A stretch of 64,000 bases of DNA from contig JAANOX010000101.1 of assembly GCA_020184695.1 (NCBI GenBank), positions 1 through 64,000 of the forward strand, written 5' to 3'. Numbering within the stretch: the stretch's first letter is position 1; each line of letters begins with the position of its first letter. Shown here piece after piece: positions 30,808 to 40,366 of the stretch. This DNA comes from Histomonas meleagridis 2922-C6/04-290x (Eukaryota > Protista > Parabasalia). The notes beneath the pieces were generated by a model, which searched no databases, was not told the origin of the DNA, and saw nothing but the letters and a program-made list of their open reading frames with translations. Made by a program: the position numbers and the translations under genes.

Positions 30808-32844
30808 TTATGTAAAATTCCAATAAATAAAACCTGATTCCTCTTTACCCATTATTAAAGAGGTACCACAAGCAGCCCTTCTAACAGTCTTATTTTTATC
30901 AGATGAAGATGAAGACGAAGATGAAAGTTCATTATATTCTTTTCTCTCCAATTTCTTAAGGCACCCCGAAACTAATCCACAAAAAACGAATATGACGAAT
31001 ATTCCACCCAAAGTACAGAAGGATATAATCGTTGAAGATGATGTTCCTGATGAAGATGAAGATGATTTATCCTCAGAAGTATCTATTGAAGTTTCATATG
31101 AAACCGATTCTGTGTATAGATCATTACAATCATGACCATATACAATACTCAAATCACCAAATGATGTACCAGTATATTCAGCTGGAACAATAACTTTTGC
31201 ATAAACAAAGCATAAAGCGGATGATTCAAATGATGGTTCATTTGTTCCATTAAAATGTATACATTTAATCGCTTTACATGCGTGAAATGCCATATATCCA
31301 ATGTAACTTACCTTTCCAGGTATATAAATTTCTTCTAAAGCATAACATTCCATAAATCCGAATTTCCCAATTTGTTGTACTTTTTCTGGAATTCTAATTG
31401 TTTTTAATGCGGCACAATTCATAAATGTATAGCCTGGAATTTGTGTAATATTTGCAGATAAATAAACATTTTGTAAAGAACGACAATATTTCATTACACT
31501 ATCTCCAAACTCTATAACTGAATCAGGAATATTTATTGTGACTAGAGAATTGCAAATATAAAATACATATGAATCAATTTTTATGACTGTATTCGGTATT
31601 GTAACATTGGTAAGTGAATGACATTCATAAAATACATAAGATTCAATTGCAGCTGTTCCTTCTTGTAATACAACTGTTTCAAGTGAATCATCTTCAGAAA
31701 ATGCATAACTGGATATGGTAAAAATAGAACCTGGAACTGTTATATTTTTTAGTGAAATACATTGTCTAAATGTTGATGATGGAAGTGATAAAAAGTTATC
31801 TGGAAGAGAAACATCAGTTAATTTTTTGCATCCTTCAAAAACAGAATTTTCTAATGTTGGGATTTTCGATAAAATTGTTAATTTAGATATTAAACTATAT
31901 GCAAATGCTTGTTTATAAATTCCAGTGACTGATGTTGGAATTGTTAATTCTTGAATTCCCGTTTCTTGAAATGCACTTTGACCAATTGTAACAAGTGAAT
32001 TTGGCAAATAAATACTTGTAAGTTGCTTAAGTTTTTTGAATGCATAATATCCAATTCTTTCAATGTTTTCATTCATTTGTACATTTTCTACACTAATGCA
32101 TTCCGCAAAAGCTTCTTCATAAATATCTTTAACATTTTTGCCGATGATAACACTTTGAAGGAGTTGGCAGTATTTAAATGCCATTACTCCAATATATGTA
32201 ACTGAATCTGGAATTATGATTTTTTGTAAACTTAAGCAATTATAAAATAAACCTTGTGGAATACATTGAATGTTTTCACTAAGTGTAATGGTTTTTAAAT
32301 TTTTGCACCCTGAAAAAATATCAGTTCCAATGTTTGTAAGTGAATTAGGTAAAGTAATAGATGATAATTTAAGACAGCAAGTGAAAGCATATTTATCTAT
32401 ATTAGTTAATCCATTACCAAAATTGATTGTTCGAAGATTATTGCAATAAGCAAAAGCATATGAACCAATTGCCTTAAGAGAATTTGGTAAATTGAGGGTG
32501 TCAATAAAAACTGAACGAAAAGCAGATTCACAAATTTCAGTGAGATTCTCTCCAAAAGTAATATATGATAGTAACTGGCATTCCTTAAATGCTTCAAATC
32601 CAATTTTGTTGAGAGAATTACCAATTGTTACTATTTCTAATTTCGGCCATTTATAAAAACAGCACTGTTCCAAGATATAAACACCTTTTCCAATTATAAT
32701 ATGTTGGACTTCCGAATAAATATCTGTGTAATCTTTTTGATATACAATTGGTTTATCATAAATATCAAGTGTTTTCTGTGCTAGATTAGATTTGAGAGAT
32801 AAATCACAGATGACATGACTTAAAAGAAAAGCCACAACAATCAT
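30808..32844 (-). CDS. BspA-like leucine-rich repeat (LRR_5) surface protein
   Basis: Signal-like N-terminus, many xIPxSVxxIGxxAFxxCxxL repeats, Ser-rich linker, TM helix, short tail. Confidence 0.93.
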   Translation of the reverse strand: MIVVAFLLSHVICDLSLKSNLAQKTLDIYDKPIVYQKDYTDIYSEVQHIIIGKGVYILEQCCFYKWPKLEIVTIGNSLNKIGFEAFKECQLLSYITFGENLTEICESAFRSVFIDTLNLPNSLKAIGSYAFAYCNNLRTINFGNGLTNIDKYAFTCCLKLSSITLPNSLTNIGTDIFSGCKNLKTITLSENIQCIPQGLFYNCLSLQKIIIPDSVTYIGVMAFKYCQLLQSVIIGKNVKDIYEEAFAECISVENVQMNENIERIGYYAFKKLKQLTSIYLPNSLVTIGQSAFQETGIQELTIPTSVTGIYKQAFAYSLISKLTILSKIPTLENSVFEGCKKLTDVSLPDNFLSLPSSTFRQCISLKNITVPGSIFTISSYAFSEDDSLETVVLQEGTAAIESYVFYECHSLTNVTIPNTVIKIDSYVFYICNSLVTINIPDSVIEFGDSVMKYCRSLQNVYLSANITQIPGYTFMNCAALKTIRIPEKVQQIGKFGFMECYALEEIYIPGKVSYIGYMAFHACKAIKCIHFNGTNEPSFESSALCFVYAKVIVPAEYTGTSFGDLSIVYGHDCNDLYTESVSYETSIDTSEDKSSSSSSGTSSSTIISFCTLGGIFVIFVFCGLVSGCLKKLERKEYNELSSSSSSSSDKNKTVRRAACGTSLIMGKEESGFIYWNFT

Positions 32845-33540
32845 TTGAACAAATCAAATCGACAAACACTTTAATCAATTCAAAAAGTTTGTGGGCAAAA
32901 ATCTTCGGCTATCAAAAAAAATATTTGAATATGTACGATACCAAGTGGGCATTTTCATCCATATGATATCTTTTCCATTAATCATGGTGAATATCAATCA
33001 TGAATATAAGAAGTGCGTTACATTATTCAATGGATACATTATATTTTGATTTTCTCAGTTAATACAACAGAAAATCAAATTTAATGTGATGCATTATAAA
33101 ACATATTATTTCGAAATGTTATTTGAAATATATTAGTACATTCAACACCCTAAAATAATTTATTAAACTGTTATATTCACTACTCTAATTTGTAATTGTT
33201 CAACATTAAATCTACACATGCATTAGCAAAATATTAATATCAATTATACAAAAAAAGCAAATAAATATTCAAAATAACTAAAGAATATTATTGCTGTTGT
33301 ACATATATCTCTGACTCAGCATAATTTTTTAATGATTGTGTTCCAGCGGTTATAGTTTTAAAGTTGAGAATAATAACCAACACAAATCAAATCCGCATTT
33401 CGCTTTGAAAATGTTGAACCACCGTTCAATTTTGACAGAAAAAAATACATTTTGACAAAAAAAATTCATTGAATAAACCAAAGAAAAATGGTTATTTCTG
33501 CCATCAAATATCGTTCATCTTGCACTTTTAGTCCAACAAA

Positions 33541-35133
33541 ATGAGCAATTACAGCATCGAAGAAATAATATCAATGATAACTGCAATCAGAAGTGAAAAC
33601 GCAAATGAAAGGTTACATTCACTTGCAAATTTGCATGTAATAGCACGAGTTCTTGGCCCAAAACGTACAATTAATGAACTTATTCCATATACAATGGAAA
33701 CAACAGACCACGATGAAACAGCTTTAAAAATGATTGCAAAAGAACTTGCTATAATGCTTGATGTAGTAGGCGGTCCTAGTAATGTTCAAACATTAATTGA
33801 TGCCTTAAAATTAATTTGTGAAAATGAGGACTTCGATGTAAGGAATGCCGCTACTGATTCAGTTGTTCAAATAGGAAAATTACTAACAGAAAGCGACTTC
33901 AATACAAAATTTCCATCATTTTTTAGAAAATTAATTAAAGACAAATGGTATCCATTACGCTGCTCAGGCGTAATGATTATTTGTCAGTTATATAATAAGA
34001 TTTCGCAGGAAAGCAAGCAAAAATTTAATAAATATCTCCAAAGAATTTGTACAGATGAAAATGTTATAGTGCGGCGCACATTCTGTCAATACATTTCATA
34101 CCTTATTCAAAATCAATGTCCATTTGAAATCATTTCCAAGATTCTCACAGCTCTTTCCAAAGATAAAGCGCCAGCAGTAACAATCGAAATACCTCCAATT
34201 CTTACATTTCTACCATCTAATGAAACTCAACTCAAAATTGACATATCTAAAGCAATAATGCAGACGAAAATATGGCAAGCAAAATCTGTTCTTGTTTCTC
34301 ACATTGATTCTATTTTTAAAGGAAACGCGCCCAAGAGCTTCATAAAAGATATTATTCAGCAATCTTCAGTCGAAAAGCTTAGTGCAATCAGAGCATCAAC
34401 AGCGCTTCAAATTCCGTACGTTTATTCAATTCAATGTTTCAATTCAGACGGTTTTAAACGGTTAATTAACGGTCTTGCTAATGACATTGATTTTAATGTG
34501 AGGAAATCAATAGCAGAGTCAATTGGCCGTATTAAAAATGGTCCTGATGATTTAATCAATTCAACTTTGGCTGCTCTTCTTGGTGATAAAGATCTTATTG
34601 TTAAAATGGCTGCATTGAAAACAGTATCACATACAGGTAAAGCCATTAAACCAGCTGCAAAGAATCTTACTAACTTGATCAAGCTTAGCGATTGGAGAGT
34701 TAAGAAAGGTATCGCTTTATTACTTCCAGAAGTTGCAAAAACAACAAAAGAAACCAAATTTAACAGAAAATTCCTTCCAATTGTGAAATCCTTATTAAAG
34801 GATGATGCAAGTGAAGTCCGGAATTCAACAGTGAAAGGTCTCTCTGAACTAACAGCACATTTTGGAGGAAAATGGATAAAAGCAAATGTTATCCCCATGA
34901 TTTCACATTTGTTTGCAAAACATGATTATTTGTTAAGGGAAACAGCTATTATCGCAATAGTGGAACTGAATCTATGTGATAGAATGAACGATATATTAAA
35001 AAAAGCTGCAAAAGATCCAGTGCCAAATGTAAGGTTAGTTCTAGCTCGAACTGTTCCAAGCGGATCAAATATTTTAGAGCAATTGAAAGCGGATGAAGAC
35101 CCAGACGTTGTTTATTTTGCCACACATAAGTAA
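33541..35133 (+). CDS. PP2A scaffold A subunit-like HEAT repeat protein
   Basis: ERLHSL.NL..IARVLGPKRT.NELIP, WYPLR, DWRVK, D..PNVRL motifs match the PP2A-A family. Confidence 0.85.
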   Translation: MSNYSIEEIISMITAIRSENANERLHSLANLHVIARVLGPKRTINELIPYTMETTDHDETALKMIAKELAIMLDVVGGPSNVQTLIDALKLICENEDFDVRNAATDSVVQIGKLLTESDFNTKFPSFFRKLIKDKWYPLRCSGVMIICQLYNKISQESKQKFNKYLQRICTDENVIVRRTFCQYISYLIQNQCPFEIISKILTALSKDKAPAVTIEIPPILTFLPSNETQLKIDISKAIMQTKIWQAKSVLVSHIDSIFKGNAPKSFIKDIIQQSSVEKLSAIRASTALQIPYVYSIQCFNSDGFKRLINGLANDIDFNVRKSIAESIGRIKNGPDDLINSTLAALLGDKDLIVKMAALKTVSHTGKAIKPAAKNLTNLIKLSDWRVKKGIALLLPEVAKTTKETKFNRKFLPIVKSLLKDDASEVRNSTVKGLSELTAHFGGKWIKANVIPMISHLFAKHDYLLRETAIIAIVELNLCDRMNDILKKAAKDPVPNVRLVLARTVPSGSNILEQLKADEDPDVVYFATHK

Positions 35134-35159
35134 ATATATTTCTATGGTTTTTAATCGTA

Positions 35160-35675
35160 ATGTTTTCAAATTATTCTATGAGATCATTTAAAATGAAAGC
35201 AGGATCCCAAACACTTAGAACTGCCACTGGAATACAAATAAATGATAATGGAGCAAGTGTATTAAATGGATTTTCTATGGGATGGTTTTTTGTCCGACTT
35301 TTAACAACTATTACAGTATCGCAAATTAATGATTTAAAAACCAATCATGGAATTGAATTTAAAACAAATGAAATGATACAGTTTGGATGGTATAAAAAAT
35401 TTTTATCAGAAGAACAAGTTTCATACATGAATTCAATGGGTATTTTTCATCTTTTTTATGTAAAAGAATATAAAAAATGCAACTTTGATGAATTAAAAGA
35501 CGAAAAAGAATTGCTTGTTTATGCGGTTGAAGGATGGAAACCTAAAAAAGGAAGTTTTAGGAATTACTTTTCACCAAATATGTTTATTGTAGAAGGTGCA
35601 AGCGCTGAGGAAATTTACGAAGACCCACTTGTCGAAGAAATTAGCAAAGTTCCTAAGGTTTCTTTAGATTTGTAA
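35160..35675 (+). CDS. Hypothetical protein
   Basis: 171-aa ATG ORF 26 nt after the PP2A-A-like stop; no motif recognised. Confidence 0.55.
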   Translation: MFSNYSMRSFKMKAGSQTLRTATGIQINDNGASVLNGFSMGWFFVRLLTTITVSQINDLKTNHGIEFKTNEMIQFGWYKKFLSEEQVSYMNSMGIFHLFYVKEYKKCNFDELKDEKELLVYAVEGWKPKKGSFRNYFSPNMFIVEGASAEEIYEDPLVEEISKVPKVSLDL

Positions 35676-35718
35676 TTAAAAAATTAAAATAACAATAAAT
35701 TTTATTTTCAAAAGCTTA

Positions 35719-35943
35719 TTAATATTTTAAAGGATCCAATATGTCTGGATCGTCCTTTCCAGCCTGGAGCAACTTTGTTTCTATTCTACGATTTGTTTCT
35801 AATGTTCTGCATATTGTTAAATCAATTTGTTGTTTTTCGCTTATGGTCAAATGACGAAACTTCGGATCGAAATCAGTGTCTTTGAATGCCTTTAAAGTTA
35901 CCCAATCTATTAATTCATCGAGATTTGACTGTTCGTTTCCCAT
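35719..35943 (-). CDS. Small hypothetical protein with MGNEQS N-myristoylation-like start
   Basis: 74-aa ATG ORF with AAACGGT/GACGGTT motifs just upstream. Confidence 0.6.
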   Translation of the reverse strand: MGNEQSNLDELIDWVTLKAFKDTDFDPKFRHLTISEKQQIDLTICRTLETNRRIETKLLQAGKDDPDILDPLKY

Positions 35944-36023
35944 TTTTTTGTAGCTAAAGCTAAACGGTCTCGACGGTTACCACATCATTTAAATTTGATG
36001 TACAAACAAATTTCGATATTTTA

Positions 36024-39000
36024 ATGTTAAAAAACATTCAAAGAATTAATGTAAATGTCAACCAAATATATTTAACAAGAAGGACGCCAGGTAACATTGA
36101 ATTTCTTGTAAGTTATGGTGATTCACAACTATTTTCTTATTGGATTCCAGTTGCTTTTTTATTAAATTTTCCCAATTTTCTAAATTGTCTTAAAAAGTTT
36201 AACGAAGAAAATAGTTTTAAAAATAGTTTTTCATTTGAAATCATCTCACATCAAATCAATGTCAATGGATCAAGAGAATATCTTTATAAACTTGAAAGTA
36301 ACAACAAAACGACATTTTTCTGGGAGAAAGATCCATTAAAATTTCCAAATGTTTTACTAGAAAAATATCAAAGAAGGCCTATGATAGATAATACGAAGTC
36401 ACAAATCATAAAAACATTTCAAATCTTCTGTCAAAATTATAAAAATAATAATTATGAAGAACAAAATGAAGTAATACAATTTCTAATTAAATCTTTTGTA
36501 AATGAACATGGATCAATTTTAGCAGATGAAAAAAAATCAGAAACACGAAATGACTTAATACAATTTTTAAATCATCTTAATAAAGAAAATGATTTTCATG
36601 GTCCATTTATAGTAATTGTTCATTCAGATAAAGAAATATATAAATGGAAAAACAAAATTGAAAAAACTTCTGATTTAATATGTATAAATTATTCGGGTTC
36701 AGATGAAATTCGATCATTAATTAGGAACCAACAATTTCCTTATAAAGATGATATAAACGGAGAAATTCTTAATGATAAAATTAGTTTTAATGTTTTATTA
36801 ATTTCATATGAAACTTTATTAACTGATATTAATGAATTACAAAATATTATTTGGGAAATAATTGTAATTGATAATTTATATACAATTAAAAATTATAATT
36901 TAAAATTTTATCAATCAATTCGTCAATTAGATCCATTACATATTGTAATATTAAATTCAAAACTTCAACAAAATAATTTATCAAATTTTTATTTACAATT
37001 AAATTTAATAGAAAAACAATTTAATGATATAAAAATATTTCCCGATGATGATATACGAAATGTGAATACAAATATTATTGATAAAATTAATCATTTAATA
37101 AATCCACATGTATTAAAGAGAACAATTAATTATAATAATGAAAATAATAACAAGAAAATTATCTTTTTGAGCTTAACGAAATATCAAAAAGAATTATTAC
37201 GTTTAGTTAAACTAAATGAACTTTGGAGAATTACCAAAACAAATTTAAATAATTTTAGCAAAAATGAATTCGAAAATTTAATTTGTTGTCATCCGATTTT
37301 AATTAATGGAATTAAAGAATATTATTTATCACATTCTGCTTCGTATGATCATCAATTACTTGTTGACTATTCATCCAAATATTTGTTCATTGATAGAATT
37401 TTACCATTTTTTAGAAAGAATTGTCAATCAGTAATATTATTAACTCATATCGAAAGTAATTTAAATTTATTAGAACAATATTGTAATGTAATGTTTTATA
37501 CTTATGTGAAATATTCGGATAATATGACTGAAATTGAGAAAAATAATGCAATTAAAGACTTTTGTGATAAAGGAAATGATATATTTATATTAATTATATA
37601 TACTAAGAAAATGAAATTTAATATTACAAAAGGAAATTTAGTTATTTTAATTGATTCGAATTATTCATCAAATGAAATGGAAAAAATTGAAAATATGTTT
37701 AAACATAATATTAATATATTACAATTAATAACTTATGGTACTATTGAACATGAAACATTTTGTACCGAAAGACGAAAGAATAAATTATTTAATCAACTTT
37801 TAAACAAAAACGAGAATTATCAAAACATTGAAATTAATGACAATAATATATATACAATATTTAATACATTTCATTTAGAAGATACTTCTGATTATTTTGG
37901 TGCCGAAGTAACAATTGCAGAGAAACATACAATTCTTAAAATTAAAGAACCACCAGAATTGATATATAATGAAAGTATTAAATTTGATTCATATGAAAAT
38001 ATCATCAAAAAGTCATCAACTGCAATTGATTATTTAATTACTTTTACAAAAGATGAAATATCTTTTGATGAAATTGATTTATCATTTCGGAAAAGTGATA
38101 AAGAATTTCTTCTTCGATATCCAATACCTCGACAAAATGTAACAAAAGAAAATAAAATAGAAATTAGCATCGAAAATGCGAAATTCATTATAGAAGAACT
38201 CGAATATTTTGGTTATGGACAATGGGAAAGAATTTCCAAAGAAACAAATAATTTATATTCAATTGAACAAATCAAAAACTTTTGTTTATTTGTAATACTT
38301 CTTTACTTCCGTTCATGTAATCCATCGAAAGTATTTTGTTATCCGATACTATTACAAAGACTTATATACGACTACAAATTGAAATTAGATTGTTCACAAG
38401 TGTTATGTCAGTCACAAATGGAATGGTATAATATATTTGAAGACAAATTTCTCGTCAAAGATTACTATTTAATATGTAGAGAAATCCCATGTTATATATA
38501 TAATACATGTGAACATTTCTTGTCAAATCTTGAAAGAAATTTACTTGTCACAGAATGGAACAAAAACTTTAAAGCAAAAGATTTCCCATTTCATCTTTTA
38601 CCTCCATATTTAGGATATAAACATGAGAAAGATCAACGAATATTTAATATGTTACTAACAAAGAAATCTTTAGATAAAAATGAAAAGCGAATTACACAAA
38701 TATGTGAAATAATGAAAGGAATGTTATTGGATGTAATTGGATTCCATAGGAAGACATTTCATTTTTGGACAACATATGAAGTTAATACCATTCTAAATAT
38801 GTTTCATTCGTATGGTAATAATTTGGTAATGTTAAATCGAAAGGAGTTACACTTTAAGTCAGCATTACTCAGTAAGAACTCATTCGAAGTAGAGACATTT
38901 GTAATGAACATTTCACAACTTTTGTCACATTACAAACCAAATTCTAAAGAATACTTCGAAATACCAAATGAAATAACACATGTTAATGATGCGCCATTAC

Positions 39001-39581
39001 CAATACGATTTACAATGAAAATAGAAAATAAAATGATAAACGAAATATACAAAGGGATACTAATGTCGATAATGTTAAAGAGATCAATTAATGTAATATC
39101 AGATAAAAAATTTATTGATTTGCAATATGGTAATTGGTCAACAAAAGATTTCCATTTATTTTTCCAAAAACTAATTGAATTCGGTGCATTTTCTTCAATA
39201 CGTAATATACTTTTAGACAAAACATTACCATTTCATACTTATTTAACGCATAATGATATAAATTGGCTATTAAATCCTAACACTGAATATAAAGAAGAAG
39301 ACTCAAATATACCAAACTTCTTATTAAGTTCCAATTCTTTATATAATTTTCTAAAGAATATAACTTCAAATAACGAAACTCATAATGAAACTTTAATTGT
39401 TAATAATAATCAAAATAATCAAAACACGTTAATTCCATATATAATTCTTTCTAATGATATAATTATACAACAAAATGATTATCAAAAATTCTCTAGTTTA
39501 CCTCCTGAATATGGTTATCCATCGAACTATGGTTATCATTTAATTGGTTATAAACAGAACTCTATCATTACGACCGAATAA
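36024..39581 (+). CDS. SNF2/CHD-like helicase-fold protein with degenerate ATPase motifs
   Basis: GSILADE, GPFIVIV...YKWK, VLLISYE, IVID...IKN, L.G.P-like KLQQNNL, HVLKR, FGYGQWE; Walker A and B are degenerate. Confidence 0.8.
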   Translation: MLKNIQRINVNVNQIYLTRRTPGNIEFLVSYGDSQLFSYWIPVAFLLNFPNFLNCLKKFNEENSFKNSFSFEIISHQINVNGSREYLYKLESNNKTTFFWEKDPLKFPNVLLEKYQRRPMIDNTKSQIIKTFQIFCQNYKNNNYEEQNEVIQFLIKSFVNEHGSILADEKKSETRNDLIQFLNHLNKENDFHGPFIVIVHSDKEIYKWKNKIEKTSDLICINYSGSDEIRSLIRNQQFPYKDDINGEILNDKISFNVLLISYETLLTDINELQNIIWEIIVIDNLYTIKNYNLKFYQSIRQLDPLHIVILNSKLQQNNLSNFYLQLNLIEKQFNDIKIFPDDDIRNVNTNIIDKINHLINPHVLKRTINYNNENNNKKIIFLSLTKYQKELLRLVKLNELWRITKTNLNNFSKNEFENLICCHPILINGIKEYYLSHSASYDHQLLVDYSSKYLFIDRILPFFRKNCQSVILLTHIESNLNLLEQYCNVMFYTYVKYSDNMTEIEKNNAIKDFCDKGNDIFILIIYTKKMKFNITKGNLVILIDSNYSSNEMEKIENMFKHNINILQLITYGTIEHETFCTERRKNKLFNQLLNKNENYQNIEINDNNIYTIFNTFHLEDTSDYFGAEVTIAEKHTILKIKEPPELIYNESIKFDSYENIIKKSSTAIDYLITFTKDEISFDEIDLSFRKSDKEFLLRYPIPRQNVTKENKIEISIENAKFIIEELEYFGYGQWERISKETNNLYSIEQIKNFCLFVILLYFRSCNPSKVFCYPILLQRLIYDYKLKLDCSQVLCQSQMEWYNIFEDKFLVKDYYLICREIPCYIYNTCEHFLSNLERNLLVTEWNKNFKAKDFPFHLLPPYLGYKHEKDQRIFNMLLTKKSLDKNEKRITQICEIMKGMLLDVIGFHRKTFHFWTTYEVNTILNMFHSYGNNLVMLNRKELHFKSALLSKNSFEVETFVMNISQLLSHYKPNSKEYFEIPNEITHVNDAPLPIRFTMKIENKMINEIYKGILMSIMLKRSINVISDKKFIDLQYGNWSTKDFHLFFQKLIEFGAFSSIRNILLDKTLPFHTYLTHNDINWLLNPNTEYKEEDSNIPNFLLSSNSLYNFLKNITSNNETHNETLIVNNNQNNQNTLIPYIILSNDIIIQQNDYQKFSSLPPEYGYPSNYGYHLIGYKQNSIITTE

Positions 39582-39607
39582 CGCCTCAAAAAGTGTCAGT
39601 GGAATTA

Positions 39608-40292
39608 ATGGATGAATTAACTGAAGCTGTTGTTGATGCATTAGGGAATGATGACCTTAATGCACTCTCTGCTTTAATTCCTTCGAAGGTGTCTATTGAA
39701 ACGAAAGTATTTTAAAATTTTAACACTCAGATCCAAGATATTTATTTTATATTTCCCGAAATCATTACTTGATTTAGCTATCGAAAAGGACGCAATGAGT
39801 TGTTTACAGTACCTTTTAGATAACGGAGCACCGGCAACAGAACCGAATATAGTTTATTTCATACATTTGCTGGTATTTATTTCGCTTATTTAGAGAGCCA
39901 ATTCATACAGCAGTCATCAAGAACAAAAGAACCGCTATTATTATGCTACTTCACGCAGGCGTAGATCCAAATGATACTGATGGAGAAGGTATTTCTTTAA
40001 TTCTTTTTGGTCTCCTTTACATTGGGCAGTACAGACAAAGAAACTGAACAACGTACAAATGTTACTTGACTTTGGTGCTAATCCAAATCAACCTGATTAT
40101 GAGAATGTCACTCCAATCGATCTTGCTGAAGAAACTGGGAACAAAGAAATCATTGACCTACTTATGAAATATAAAGATACGGCTCCAAATGAAAATCCTG
40201 GTATGGGCGGATGTAATTTCTTAAGTTTTCTATTTGGGAAACCTGAACCAAATGTATTACCAACAAAACGAAAGAGGTATACTACGAATTAA
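39608..40292 (+). CDS. Small ankyrin repeat protein with one canonical intron and 3-4 non-canonical 16-17 nt inserts
   Basis: ATG at 39608. GT-AG intron 39707-39730, an ambiguous 16-17 nt insert at about 39738-39755, and 17-nt inserts at 39852-39868, 39875-39891, 39991-40007. Removing them gives ...EPNIAGREPIHTAVIKN...DTDGEGWSPLHWAVQ...DYENVTPIDLAE. Confidence 0.85.
39707..39730 (+). other. Canonical 24-nt spliceosomal intron
   Basis: GTATTTT...TTAACACTCAG resembles the Trichomonas juxtaposed branch/3' splice-site motif ACTAACACACAG. Confidence 0.75.
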
Positions 40293-40366
40293 ATCATGAA
40301 AGAAACAAAACAAATGGAAATAATTATTAAAAACGTTTACAAATGACAAAAAGTGACAGCCGACTA

